Part shown: positions 63,927 to 64,000 of the stretch, one piece after another
How positions within the stretch are numbered: position 1 is the stretch's first letter
Layout of the letters: every line of letters starts with the position of its first letter
NCBI RefSeq assembly: GCF_006345805.1
Contig: NC_043011.1
Coordinates: 21,712,464 to 21,776,463, forward strand
Length of the DNA: 64,000 nucleotides
Reading direction: 5' to 3'
Source of the DNA: Octopus sinensis
Taxonomy: Eukaryota
Position numbers and translations under genes: made by a program
The notes under the pieces: model-generated
What the model was told of the DNA's origin: nothing
Seen by the model: only the letters and a program-made list of their open reading frames with translations
Database searches by the model: none

Positions 63927-64000
63927 CTAAAAGACAAAAAAACATAAAAATGTAATCATGAAAAAATTAGATTAATAAGAATATATATATATATTTTGTG

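Overview
AT-rich, repeat-dense eukaryotic DNA, very probably from a coleoid cephalopod (octopus-like: long TA/CA microsatellites, many SINE copies, RTE/CR1 LINEs). Almost all entries in the ORF track are microsatellite or repeat noise. Three spliced host genes were assembled by hand. (1) On the minus strand, the first two coding exons of an Rdx-family (SelW2/MIEN1-like) gene with an in-frame TGA in a CxxU motif, so a probable selenoprotein; its 3' exons and SECIS were not located. (2) On the plus strand, a complete 4-exon SNAPC5 (SNAP19) gene of 129 aa. (3) On the minus strand, 12 coding exons of GTF2F1 (TFIIF alpha/RAP74), 499 aa visible, with the start exon beyond the right edge. Introns and intergenic DNA hold decayed Sola-like, Helitron, hAT, mariner, Penelope-like, RTE, CR1 and REL-type elements plus several MITEs. 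The most unusual non-coding signals are three kinds of minimal type I hammerhead-ribozyme-like motif: a dispersed repeat with a compensatory G3-C8 core, a TSD-flanked, highly structured ~300-nt retrozyme-like insertion in a GTF2F1 intron, and a decayed canonical-core copy. All family assignments come from motif recognition, not database searches.
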